Assembly (NCBI GenBank): GCA_039818205.1
Contig: JBCBUK010000001.1
Span: forward strand, 224,001 to 288,000
DNA from: Verrucomicrobiota bacterium
GTDB lineage: Bacteria; Verrucomicrobiota; Verrucomicrobiia; Opitutales; Cerasicoccaceae
Reading direction: 5' to 3'
Length of the DNA stretch: 64,000 nucleotides
This document shows positions 40,995 to 50,595 of the stretch, in pieces; positions within the stretch are counted from its first letter, which is position 1, and every line of letters begins with the position of its first letter. The notes beneath the pieces were generated by a model that worked only from the letters and a program-made list of their open reading frames with translations, had not been told where the DNA came from and ran no database searches. The translations under genes were made by a program, and so were the position numbers.

Positions 40995-41786
40995 CTAAAG
41001 CTTCGCCGAGCTCTCCAGGGTAAAGGCAAGAACCGATCCCGATTGATACTCGATATCGTCACCTTTACGGATGAAACCTCCGGCGCCTCCCGCTGCAGCA
41101 CCAGCCGCAGCACCTTCACCCGCATCACCGGTGATCGCTCCAAAAATTGCACCCAACGCCGCACCTCGGGCAGCACCGCCAACGGTTTCCTTGGCACCAT
41201 TCCCCTGGTTTGCTTGCTGTTGAGTGCTCGTTCTTATGGCAACCAACCGCCCTTGGTAGTTGATCGCGTTGATCGTAAAAGATAGCTCCGCATCTTTGCG
41301 AAATCCACGACCGGCTGATCCAGCGGTCACAACCTCACCTTGTAGCTGCGTTCCCGCAGTCAATACGACATCGTTGCCGACCCGAACATCCGACACTAAG
41401 ACTGCCGGGAACGTTTGCCCGGGGCGAACGCTGCCAGAATTCAAGGGTGTTTGGAGTGACGCAACGAGAGTCGTTCCGGCTGGCAGTTCAATGTGCGATA
41501 CCGGTGCCGTTGGTTGTGCTGGGGCGGGCGCAGCTGCAGCGGTCGAACCTGCGCCAACGGGCACGGCTGGCGTCTCCTCAGAGAGCTTAATACTCGCAAC
41601 ACTGCTGCGGGGAAAATCCTGTGATATGCCGTTAAAGTAAAACTTGATCGAATCCGTGGTTCCACCCTGATAGGCACCTTGTAGCGTAGATCCATTACGC
41701 AATTCGAGCGTATCGGCCGAGACGATTGACGAAACCGCCAGAAAACAGAAGAAGATTATGAATTGTGCAGGCTGAGCAATTTTCAT
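40995..41786 (-). CDS. Exported protein with glycine zipper
   Basis: Signal peptide; LPAGTTL domain; GGAARGAALGAIFGAITG...GAAAGAAAGGAGG. Confidence 0.75.
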   Translation of the reverse strand: MKIAQPAQFIIFFCFLAVSSIVSADTLELRNGSTLQGAYQGGTTDSIKFYFNGISQDFPRSSVASIKLSEETPAVPVGAGSTAAAAPAPAQPTAPVSHIELPAGTTLVASLQTPLNSGSVRPGQTFPAVLVSDVRVGNDVVLTAGTQLQGEVVTAGSAGRGFRKDAELSFTINAINYQGRLVAIRTSTQQQANQGNGAKETVGGAARGAALGAIFGAITGDAGEGAAAGAAAGGAGGFIRKGDDIEYQSGSVLAFTLESSAKL

Positions 41787-41807
41787 GACTTCTAGACTAT
41801 CGAATTC

Positions 41808-43517
41808 TCAGTAGAGCGGAAGCGTAAACTCAAAGGTCGTTCCCTCAGGACTCGTATTGACTAACTGGATTCGCCCCCGGTGGCTTTTGATGATCTGTTT
41901 CGAAATCGATAGCCCCAACCCTGAACCCTCTGGTCGCCCAGACAGAAAGGATTGAAAAATTCGACTCCTCAAATTCTCGGCAATCCCAGGCCCATCGTCT
42001 TGGACAATCACCTTGGAAACCGGCTCTAATTTGCCATCACACTTTTGCACGAAAACCGTAACGTTCCCCTCGCCCTTCATTGCCTGCATTGCGTTCAAAA
42101 TCAAGTTGAGCACCACCTGCTGGATCTGACCTTTATGGGCTTCGACGCTTAGCGGTTCCGGCCACGGCTTATAGGTCAAGGTGACACTAGATTGCTCAGC
42201 TTTTAGCCGGACCAACAATATGGTCTCTTCGACCAATGAATTGAGATCGTAGCGGCTATGCATCTCCGTCCGGCTTTTGCCAAATGATAGCACCCGGCCT
42301 ACAATCTCCTCGAGCTGGACTATCTTCTCGGAGATCACCTCGGTATCGCGCTTTCGAGGGTCACTTGCAGCGAAATCTAAAGTCAATGACTCGAACAACA
42401 GCTTAATCACCGTCAGTGGATTGCGGATCTCGTGGGCGATTTCAGACGATAGCAGCCCTAAGGTCGTCAAACGCTCATTTTTGCGAAGACTTTCCTCACT
42501 CTGGAATACCCGACCATAGAGCCGGCTATTTTGGATCGCGACGGCACCCATTGAGGCCATACTATTGAAGAGTTGGCGCTCATCGTTGTTAAATCGGTGT
42601 GGCTGATCCGTGTAAGCGTTGAGAACTCCAATCGCTTGATTCTCATAAATGATTGGCGTCGCCAAGAGAGATGAGAGCCCCGCCGACTGAGTGAGCTCGA
42701 TAAAATGGTGCTCTTCGGTCTGCGGCAAATCCTGAATAGCAACCTGCTTGCGGCGATCGATCGCAACCCCCACCGCAGTCTGCCCCAAATCCAGCTCCTC
42801 GTGGTAGTCGATTTGTCCTTCGGTTCCCGAAACGGCTTCGAGTTTCAAACGCTGACGGTCTTCCGTGAGCAAATAGATCGCACAGATACGACAAGGCATC
42901 AATTGGCGCGACTCTCGTGTTATGGACTTTAGAACGTCCTTTAATTCGCGTTTCCCGCCCAACTGCTGCCCAATTCGTATCAAGGTCTGTAGCTGGTCGG
43001 CCTTCTCTTTGAGCTGGCGAATCAACCAGAGCCGATTAACCACTGAAGTTGCCTCTACCGTGAGTAAGGTCAGCAATTTGAGATCATTTTCAGAAAACGC
43101 GTTTAGGCGGTCACTGTCGACATTGACGACACCAACCGCAGCACCGTTGACCAGCATAGGAACCGCCATCTCCGACTGGACACTCTGTTTGATCGCAATA
43201 TATCGCGGGTCCTTATGCACATCAGGAACCAGCAGAGGACGGCTATGCAGCGCCACCCAACCGGTGACCCCCACTCCAAGTGGGAGAGAAAACATTCCGG
43301 ATTCATCCGGCAAGCCTCGCGTCACCTCGATTTCCAGCAAATTGGTATCCGGATTGGTCAACGCAACCGAAGCACTTGTCGCCCCGAGAACATCGACCAG
43401 CTCTTGGAGGATCACTTCCAATGCTTCATGTGGATCCTCAGTCTTACTGACCAAACGGCTAATGCGGTAGAGGGAATCAAGAACGGAACGATCAGGTACT
43501 GCGGCTTCAGGTGGCAT
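41808..43517 (-). CDS. Cytoplasmic GAF-GAF sensor histidine kinase
   Basis: Two GAF domains (SEMAVPM, SLLATPI); H-box AHEIRNPL, N-box NLILNAMQAM, DDGPGI, GSGLGL. Start at MPPEAA; GTG 43607 is an alternative. Confidence 0.92.
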   Translation of the reverse strand: MPPEAAVPDRSVLDSLYRISRLVSKTEDPHEALEVILQELVDVLGATSASVALTNPDTNLLEIEVTRGLPDESGMFSLPLGVGVTGWVALHSRPLLVPDVHKDPRYIAIKQSVQSEMAVPMLVNGAAVGVVNVDSDRLNAFSENDLKLLTLLTVEATSVVNRLWLIRQLKEKADQLQTLIRIGQQLGGKRELKDVLKSITRESRQLMPCRICAIYLLTEDRQRLKLEAVSGTEGQIDYHEELDLGQTAVGVAIDRRKQVAIQDLPQTEEHHFIELTQSAGLSSLLATPIIYENQAIGVLNAYTDQPHRFNNDERQLFNSMASMGAVAIQNSRLYGRVFQSEESLRKNERLTTLGLLSSEIAHEIRNPLTVIKLLFESLTLDFAASDPRKRDTEVISEKIVQLEEIVGRVLSFGKSRTEMHSRYDLNSLVEETILLVRLKAEQSSVTLTYKPWPEPLSVEAHKGQIQQVVLNLILNAMQAMKGEGNVTVFVQKCDGKLEPVSKVIVQDDGPGIAENLRSRIFQSFLSGRPEGSGLGLSISKQIIKSHRGRIQLVNTSPEGTTFEFTLPLY

Positions 43518-43628
43518 ACGTGGACTACAAAAAATTATCGGGACGATCCAAATACAGAAACCGCCGATGTTACGAATCCCGAGCGAGAACGCAACCTGCG
43601 AACACACTGGGCCAGACGAACGGAACCG

Positions 43629-46490
43629 CTATCCAGCAGCTTCAAACTCGTCGTGGGAAATAATCTGCTCGATCGTATCGCGGAGCGGAACCAATGCCTC
43701 GGTATCACCTTTCGCATTAGGACTCGTTGGCTCGATATAGAAGGTATCTAGCGCAACCCCGCGCTCGGTTGAAATCCGGGCAAAGCTGATATCGAAGTTG
43801 TGCTTAAAAATGGCGTGGGCTAACTGATACAAGAGCCCCAAATGATCGTTGGCTTGGACTTCGACAATTGTTCGTTTGAGCGAAAGCTCGTGATAGACCT
43901 CGACTTTCGATGGGATTGGAGCCCCCAAGCGATTGACCTTCTTGGACCCAAAGCTCTGGCTATGCTTGCGAGCTTGTTCAGTAATCGCAGGCATGAGGTC
44001 CGCGTTGTGCAACAGTGCCTTTTCTAAGTGATCTCGGAAAATCTTTTCGGCATCCGGCTTTTGGACGATGCCTCCGTCCGGAGCGACCACATAAAAGGTA
44101 TCGATTGTAATATGGTCATTTCGCGAAATTGCTTTCGTGCTCAAAATATTGACCCCGGCAACGGTCAGCGCACCGGCCAACTTATAAAAAAGCCCTGCGC
44201 GGTCCCAGGTGACCACATTTACCACCGTGAGGCCCTGATCTTTGTCATCCCGCCAATCAACCACTGGAACTAATGAGCCGATGCTATCGGCTTCGGAAAT
44301 CGTTTGGAGCAGCTCACTGACCATTTTTACGTGCAGGATGATGTCGTCCGCGTCGTTGTGGATAAAATAGCGCTCAGGGAGCAAATTGAAGTGTGCATCA
44401 ATTTGATCTCTTTCGACATCAGGCAGTCGTCGCTCTATGATTTCCCTGTAGATCATGGACTTTCGCTCTTTTCTGCGCTTGCTAATCAGCTGTGGGGCGT
44501 TGCGGAGAACCTCAAGGGTCGACCGAAACAAATTCTGGTGAAGTGATTCTTTATAGTTGTTCCAAAGGCTGTTCGCCGTACCGCGGGAATCGCAGAAAGT
44601 GTGGACATACAAATACCGGAGGGTGTCTTCATCGCCAACGATCTCAGCAAAACGGGCTGCAGTACGAGGATCATCGAGATCATGCCGTTGCCAGAATCGT
44701 GCCATTTCGAGATGAAGCTTGATGATTGTTAAAATTAATCCGCGACGTTTTGCATCAATTCCCAGTCGAGTAAGCAGTGGCTCGGCGACTTTTACCCCTT
44801 TGGCACTATGGTCCTTTACCCCATCGGACTTACCCAGATCATGCACTAAAAGGATTAGGTAAAGCAGCGCGGGAGTAGCGGTTTGCGACAATTCGTGATG
44901 GTAGGTTGGGGCGTATGAATTCTGTTCAAGAAAGACCTCATCGAGCTCTTTAATGCAATTAAGCGTATGGACATCAGCCGTGTAGCGATGATAAAATTCG
45001 TGCTGCACCAAGCAGGTGATCTCACCGAACTCCGGTATAAATCTGCCCAATACGCCCGTCTCATGCATCAGCAACAAGGCTTGATAAACATTCCCCCGGG
45101 TTTGCAGGATGGATCTGAAGCTACGGTTGGCCGCTTCGTCATGCAAAAATCGAGCATCAATCAACTTAAGAGACTGACTTATCAATACCCTTAAGTCCAA
45201 ATCCGGCGTTACATCATATTGCTGAATGTGCCGAAAGATCCGAATGAGTCGTGCCGGATCCTCGATAAATACTTGGCGGGATTGACACGTGATTACTCCT
45301 TGGCCGATCAGGAAACCATCGACGGGCTTCTGCCGATCCATGCGACGAGAATCCAAAACCGCTTGAAATGTAATCCCGCGGCTTGGCCCAAGATCGCTGA
45401 GCGCCAGGCGTTGCTCGAGCAGCTCCGATAGCTGATAAATCCGATTCGCGTGGCGGTAATAGTCCCGCATGAACCGCTCGACGCGGCGAAAAATATCGTG
45501 TTGTCGATAACCCAGGTCCCACGCGATGCTGGGCTGATTCTCCAAACTCAACTGATCGTTTGGGCGCTTGCTGTTAAAATGAACTTCGTTTCGAACCCGT
45601 AACAAAAAATCGTATGCTTGCTCAAGTTGCTTGCGCTCCTGCGGCTCAAGAAAGTGCTTATCTTCAAGGGCCTCCAACGACCCTCTACCGAGTCGAACCT
45701 CTGCCATCCAAAGGATGTTTTGGTAATCCCGCAGCCCCCCGACCCCATTCTTAATGTCTGGTTCTTGTAGAAAAACGGTGCCACCATGTTTTTCCCGACG
45801 TTGGGCTTGGTCTTCTAACCGCTCCTTTGCGTATGCCCGATGATCGGCTTTGCTATAGTAATTTCGGTAAGCCTTCTCAAATTTGAAAAAGAGCTCCATC
45901 GAACCACATATCGGGCGAGCCTCCAGCAGCGCATTCAGCGTTTGTTGATCGGCTTTAGCCTCTTGAATCGCCTCGGCCACCGTCCGGCTCGAGTGTCCCA
46001 CTTTGAGGCTCAAGTCCCAAAGCGGATAAAGCACTTCGTTTGTCAGGACTTCTTGCAGTGGTTTGAGGAGATCGGCCCGGATCCGTTTCGGGTAGAGAAA
46101 CATCAAGTCGATATCGCTCAGTGGACAAAGCTCAGCGCGGCCATATCCACCAAGGGCCAGCAAGGCCGTCTCGCATGGCGGATTTCCGTGATCGCGCTCG
46201 TAAATTGCCAAGGCTTGATCGAACAATCGGCTGATCAGGACGTCCATCATGATGGTTCGCGCTTTAGCCACTCGCAGGCCGCCATCGCCCTTTTCATGAT
46301 AGCGCAATAGCATCTCATTCTCCAAACGCACGAACTCCTTCAGCTGCCGTAAACGCTCGGGCGCTTCGGTTCGTACATCAAAGGTTAGGCGCTTCTCCGC
46401 ATGTAAACGGATGCGCCGAAAAAGAGGGTCCTGTAACTGGCTAGTCAAATGATAGTCCTGAATTATATGCCGTGCGATAAAGACGCACAC
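43629..46490 (-). CDS. glnD: PII uridylyltransferase/uridylyl-removing enzyme
   Basis: ALGGYGR, SDIDL, EPDIKNGVGGLRD, HRYTADVH, HDLGK, two ACT domains; exact start uncertain. Confidence 0.96.
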   Translation of the reverse strand: MCVFIARHIIQDYHLTSQLQDPLFRRIRLHAEKRLTFDVRTEAPERLRQLKEFVRLENEMLLRYHEKGDGGLRVAKARTIMMDVLISRLFDQALAIYERDHGNPPCETALLALGGYGRAELCPLSDIDLMFLYPKRIRADLLKPLQEVLTNEVLYPLWDLSLKVGHSSRTVAEAIQEAKADQQTLNALLEARPICGSMELFFKFEKAYRNYYSKADHRAYAKERLEDQAQRREKHGGTVFLQEPDIKNGVGGLRDYQNILWMAEVRLGRGSLEALEDKHFLEPQERKQLEQAYDFLLRVRNEVHFNSKRPNDQLSLENQPSIAWDLGYRQHDIFRRVERFMRDYYRHANRIYQLSELLEQRLALSDLGPSRGITFQAVLDSRRMDRQKPVDGFLIGQGVITCQSRQVFIEDPARLIRIFRHIQQYDVTPDLDLRVLISQSLKLIDARFLHDEAANRSFRSILQTRGNVYQALLLMHETGVLGRFIPEFGEITCLVQHEFYHRYTADVHTLNCIKELDEVFLEQNSYAPTYHHELSQTATPALLYLILLVHDLGKSDGVKDHSAKGVKVAEPLLTRLGIDAKRRGLILTIIKLHLEMARFWQRHDLDDPRTAARFAEIVGDEDTLRYLYVHTFCDSRGTANSLWNNYKESLHQNLFRSTLEVLRNAPQLISKRRKERKSMIYREIIERRLPDVERDQIDAHFNLLPERYFIHNDADDIILHVKMVSELLQTISEADSIGSLVPVVDWRDDKDQGLTVVNVVTWDRAGLFYKLAGALTVAGVNILSTKAISRNDHITIDTFYVVAPDGGIVQKPDAEKIFRDHLEKALLHNADLMPAITEQARKHSQSFGSKKVNRLGAPIPSKVEVYHELSLKRTIVEVQANDHLGLLYQLAHAIFKHNFDISFARISTERGVALDTFYIEPTSPNAKGDTEALVPLRDTIEQIISHDEFEAAG

Positions 46491-46842
46491 TAGTGGCTGA
46501 ATTTCAATGGAAGATTTAAGTTACTCTGGTTTTCTAATGTGCATTGGACAAAACCACAGGCAAAACGGCTCAAACGCATGGCAATTAGGCATTTGAAACA
46601 TGCCGATGGCTCGCTAATCGAACCACTTGCTCATCAGCAGCTCGGCTCATCCGTCCGGTGAACACGTACTCGAACCGCACCCGTCAGATGGATGACTGAA
46701 ATTCATCCAAGCGCCCCCAGGGATGTTATCGAACGAATGACAAATGGCTTTAGGGCCGGACTTGATCTGGCAAGCAACGAACTAGACGGTTACTTCAGAC
46801 TTCACCCACCTCGCGCGAATCAACCAAAACCGACGGCTCCGA

Positions 46843-47292
46843 TCAGCGTGACTCAACGACATATTCGCTACCGTTATGGCTTTTCACCACGACCGTCGTA
46901 TGCCTTTCAACCATGCCGAGATCTGCGCGAGCCTCGACGACTTGGCCAGCAACTTCAATTTTACCAACCGGCTTCAAAGCGACCGTTACCCTGCCAGATT
47001 CTCCATAGAGGCTCTCAATGGCCTCCTGGGCTTTCCGTTCCTCCAACTCAATGGTTCGCTCCGCAGCGTCATGTTCTTCGAGCACCTGCTTCAATTCGTC
47101 CCGCTGCCCCCTGTCCTGCAGGAACACCATCAGAAGAACGATGGGCCAGAAAAATGGCAACAACGGCATGAGGACGAACGATTCTCCGTCAAAATCGAGC
47201 GCGCCGATCAAGCCGAGGGAGTTCATTCCGTAAATGAGAACAAACCCAACAACCCACCAAACGAAAATCCCAACAATCCACCAAGTTCCCAT
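46843..47292 (-). CDS. NfeD-like membrane protein (C-terminal OB fold)
   Basis: Two TM segments, then GESGRVTVALKPVGKIEVAGQVVEARA. Confidence 0.8.
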   Translation of the reverse strand: MGTWWIVGIFVWWVVGFVLIYGMNSLGLIGALDFDGESFVLMPLLPFFWPIVLLMVFLQDRGQRDELKQVLEEHDAAERTIELEERKAQEAIESLYGESGRVTVALKPVGKIEVAGQVVEARADLGMVERHTTVVVKSHNGSEYVVESR

Positions 47293-47304
47293 GCGATCTT
47301 CCTT

Positions 47305-48054
47305 CTAGGCCCCACGCCCGAGGGGCATGACCTTGGCCGCAGCGGCATTGAGCTGCTCGTTGTGGTCGTCGGTCAGCGGGTCAAAAGAACGCAAAAGCTC
47401 CCAGAACCTCGCCGAGTGATTCATTTCGCGAACGTGGGCCAGCTCATGCAGAATAATGTGGTCTTGCAGGTTTGGACGGAGCAGTACCAGGCGCCAGTTG
47501 AGGGAAATTGTCCCGGAACTTGAGCAGCTGCCCCAGCGTGTGGACTGATCCCGCACACTCACCCGCTTGATCGAAACGCCATGCTTCTCGGCCAGGTCGT
47601 TGGTGCGCAACGGGACGACCTCGCCAGCAAACTCCCGAACCAGATGGACCAGGCCTGCCTCCAAGTCGGTCTCCGCAGACACCCGCATCTCTACCTCATC
47701 GGTCTCGGTCGAGTAGACGTAGAAGGGCTTATTCTTCGTGAATGATTGAGTGAGGCGCATCGATCGGCCAAGTGCGAACAGACGCGGGTGGCGCTCCAAA
47801 TACTCAGACAGGGACGTCCGGGTTGGATGCTCCCGCATATTGGTAACTAGCCAATCGCCCTGGGATCTTAAAAACTCCAAGGCTTCGACAAAGGCACAGC
47901 GCCAAGGCACTGACAAAAGTGCATGATTGTGCCGGCCAACGCTCAGGCGAATATAGCGCGCACGCCGAGAGCGCCGGATCTCATAGGGAACCAGCATGGA
48001 ACCGTCACTGGTATCGATCTCAACCAGTCGGAGATTGTTCTGCTTCTGCGACAC
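47305..48054 (-). CDS. YgjP/DUF45 family HExxH protein
   Basis: RDQSTRWGSCSS, LNWRL, LHELAHVREMNHSARFW. Confidence 0.9.
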   Translation of the reverse strand: MSQKQNNLRLVEIDTSDGSMLVPYEIRRSRRARYIRLSVGRHNHALLSVPWRCAFVEALEFLRSQGDWLVTNMREHPTRTSLSEYLERHPRLFALGRSMRLTQSFTKNKPFYVYSTETDEVEMRVSAETDLEAGLVHLVREFAGEVVPLRTNDLAEKHGVSIKRVSVRDQSTRWGSCSSSGTISLNWRLVLLRPNLQDHIILHELAHVREMNHSARFWELLRSFDPLTDDHNEQLNAAAAKVMPLGRGA

Positions 48055-48706
48055 GTTCGGCTATAATACGTTGAGCGCCGCTGGCGTAGCGGCGCAAGGC
48101 GGACTCCGGATCGATTCCGGCGTCGCGACAGGCGGCGGCGAGGTTGAACAAGGCTCGGCCAGCGGACTCTTCCGTCAGGCCCTCCGTCATCTTTGCGATG
48201 GTCTCTGGTTCGAACTCGTCGACCACAGGCAGATCCTTTTTGATCACCTGTTTGTAGACATTCAGTGCGTAGCGTAGTGCAGGTAGCTGTGGAGGCAGGT
48301 GCTTAAACGGCCCCTCCTCCAATGGTCGTAATCCGTTTTTCTTTTCTTCGGCTTTGATCTCTTCCCACTTTTGGAGAACCGCATCGGAATCCTTCAAATC
48401 CAAGTCTCCAAAAACATGTGGGTGGCGGCGAACTAACTTCTCGTTGATGTCGCGAGCCACGTCATCAAATGAGAACCGATTTTCTTCCTCGGCCATTTGA
48501 GTATGCATGATAACCTGGAGCAACAGGTCGCCCAATTCCTCCTGCATATGCTCATAGTCGAGGCGGTCAATCGTGTCCAATAGCTCGGCGCATTCTTCGA
48601 CCAGGCAATCACACAATGACTGATGCGTCTGCTCGATATCCCAAGGGCATCCACCCGGGCCGCGCAGCCGCGCCACTGTTTCTCTCAAGTCGTCGATCGA
48701 AGCCAT
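48020..48706 (-). CDS. MazG family nucleoside triphosphate pyrophosphohydrolase
   Basis: LRGPGGCPWD, EELGDLLLQV, KLVRRHPHVFG; second domain short and degenerate. Confidence 0.92.
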   Translation of the reverse strand: MASIDDLRETVARLRGPGGCPWDIEQTHQSLCDCLVEECAELLDTIDRLDYEHMQEELGDLLLQVIMHTQMAEEENRFSFDDVARDINEKLVRRHPHVFGDLDLKDSDAVLQKWEEIKAEEKKNGLRPLEEGPFKHLPPQLPALRYALNVYKQVIKKDLPVVDEFEPETIAKMTEGLTEESAGRALFNLAAACRDAGIDPESALRRYASGAQRIIAERVAEAEQSPTG

Positions 48707-48784
48707 AAATCCGACTCTTCTAAAATACTTGAGACCCAGCCTCAACCCCGTTTTTCGAGAATAATCACGGCGAATGGGCCGCGG

Positions 48785-50146
48785 TCATTCAACGGGCTCA
48801 ATAGCATTTACCGCGTTTAGGATGCACTGGCCGACCGCGATCCCATCGCGATAGTTTCCCATAATCCGTAGACCGGGAAACTCCCTTTCGGCCAGTTCCA
48901 TTGCAGAAACATACTCTCCATAGCCAAGACGGTATTGAGGAATAGCCTGTGGCCATACGGTGACATCGGAGAACTCAGGTTCACCGCGGACGCCAAGCAG
49001 CTCCCGCATCTCGTCGGTCGCAATTCTGACTAGCTCTTCGGCAGACTCACCAGCCAATTCGGGTTGGCGGCTACCGCCGATAAAAACCGTCAACAGCGAC
49101 TTGCCAAACGGAGCCCGATCGTCAAACAGCGTCGAGGAAAACAAAACGCCGAGGGTCCGGCGGTTTTCCACCTGTGGGATCAATCCTCCAAATCCGTCCA
49201 AAGCGTGGCCAATTTTGCTCCGATCATAACCAAGCGCAACCGAGGCAACCGGTGGATACTCGATGCTTGAGAGCGGTTCAATGACCTCGTGCACGGGTTT
49301 GGGCAGCGGTAATTTAGCCAGGCAATGTGCCGGAATGGTGATGAACAACTCTTGCGCCTCCTCCATAACCTTGTCGCCTTCAGGCGTTTTCCAATGCACC
49401 CGCCAGATATCTCCATCTTTCTCGATCTGAGTGACATCAGCCGACAAGACTAGATGATTCCCGAGCTTCTTGCCCAAGGTGTCAGTCAACGACTGCATCC
49501 CGTTCTTAAACGAAAGCGAATAGGACTTAAAATTGTGGCCCTTGGCCTTCTTCTCTTTCCGCTTTTTCATTAGCCCAAGCAGGACCGAGCCCGTATCGCG
49601 TTCGGCCTCAGCCAACATCGGGAAGGCATGCTGCGCTGACAGGTTACTTGGGTCTCCGGCGTAAATACCGCCGACAAACGGATTCACCACATAGTCGAGC
49701 ACCTCCAGACCAAAATGACGCCGCACAAAGCTTCCGAGGCTTTCTTCCGCTAGATTGTGCGGTGTCATGGCAAAGATATCGGCAAGCATACGCAGCTTGG
49801 CGCCATTCGATAGCAAATTCGATGAGATCAGCTCACGGGGACCCATGGGCGCGGCCTGGAAACGCCCGTCACGCAAAATGTAGCGCTTCTTGGAATCAGG
49901 ACGCGGCTCGACCATCTCGTCGCCCAAGCCCATGCCCCGCAATAGCGACTCCAGAACTGGACTATTGACCAAAAGCGAATTGGGCCCGGCTTCAACGAGG
50001 TAACCGTCGCGCTTGTTTGTGCGGATGGCGCCGCCTGGCTGCTCACCGTGTTCTAAGACATGGAATGGTCGTCCGGCACGATGCAACGCCCAGCCGAGGG
50101 ACAAACCGGTTACTCCACCACCAATAACAATCGCACTCTTGTTCAT
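48785..50146 (-). CDS. hemG: Protoporphyrinogen oxidase (HemY-type)
   Basis: IGGGVTG, EAGPNS, GIYAGDP, WPQAIPQY, GNYRDGIAV. Confidence 0.92.
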   Translation of the reverse strand: MNKSAIVIGGGVTGLSLGWALHRAGRPFHVLEHGEQPGGAIRTNKRDGYLVEAGPNSLLVNSPVLESLLRGMGLGDEMVEPRPDSKKRYILRDGRFQAAPMGPRELISSNLLSNGAKLRMLADIFAMTPHNLAEESLGSFVRRHFGLEVLDYVVNPFVGGIYAGDPSNLSAQHAFPMLAEAERDTGSVLLGLMKKRKEKKAKGHNFKSYSLSFKNGMQSLTDTLGKKLGNHLVLSADVTQIEKDGDIWRVHWKTPEGDKVMEEAQELFITIPAHCLAKLPLPKPVHEVIEPLSSIEYPPVASVALGYDRSKIGHALDGFGGLIPQVENRRTLGVLFSSTLFDDRAPFGKSLLTVFIGGSRQPELAGESAEELVRIATDEMRELLGVRGEPEFSDVTVWPQAIPQYRLGYGEYVSAMELAEREFPGLRIMGNYRDGIAVGQCILNAVNAIEPVE

Positions 50147-50595
50147 GATTCGTAGTCGAAGAAAAAACTCACCCGCTGCCAAGCCGGGTCTGAAACTATT
50201 TCGTACGAAATCGGCCGGTTCTGTTGCTCCGCCAGCTTTTCGAGCCGTTCATCAACCGCCTCAGGATCTTCCGCATAAAAATTAAATTCCGTAGTGCCAT
50301 TCCACGCGGTCCTGCCAACATAGTGCCCCGCACCCGACTTGCGGATCGCGGCCAGTAATGCGTCCTCAAGATTGCTCAATGCACTCAGTTCTTTGGGAGT
50401 CGGAAGGCCCGCGAACTCGTCCGCGGAACGATGCTCGACCGCAACCCAAACGTGAAAGGAAAACTCATCCATCCAGGGATAGTCTTTCAGCGCTGTGTTG
50501 ACTACCATCTCGGTGGGCAGACCGTCCATCTCGCCCTCTCGGCGCGCTGGTATGGGCACAGGAAATCGGTTTTCGCTCGGTCGTGGCTGCGTCAT
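50143..50595 (-). CDS. DUF695-like protein
   Basis: GLPTPKE...LEDAL...VGR...EFNFY...DPAW; stop overlaps the hemG ATG (ATGA). Confidence 0.75.
   Translation of the reverse strand: MTQPRPSENRFPVPIPARREGEMDGLPTEMVVNTALKDYPWMDEFSFHVWVAVEHRSADEFAGLPTPKELSALSNLEDALLAAIRKSGAGHYVGRTAWNGTTEFNFYAEDPEAVDERLEKLAEQQNRPISYEIVSDPAWQRVSFFFDYES

Noticed and set aside
46659..46700. Selenocysteine recoding at the in-frame TGA
   Set aside because: No redox-motif context, no convincing SECIS, and the frame runs antisense into nfeD.
47305..48706. MazG and YgjP as an anti-phage or type I restriction island
   Set aside because: No hsd, nuclease or mobility genes nearby; housekeeping context.
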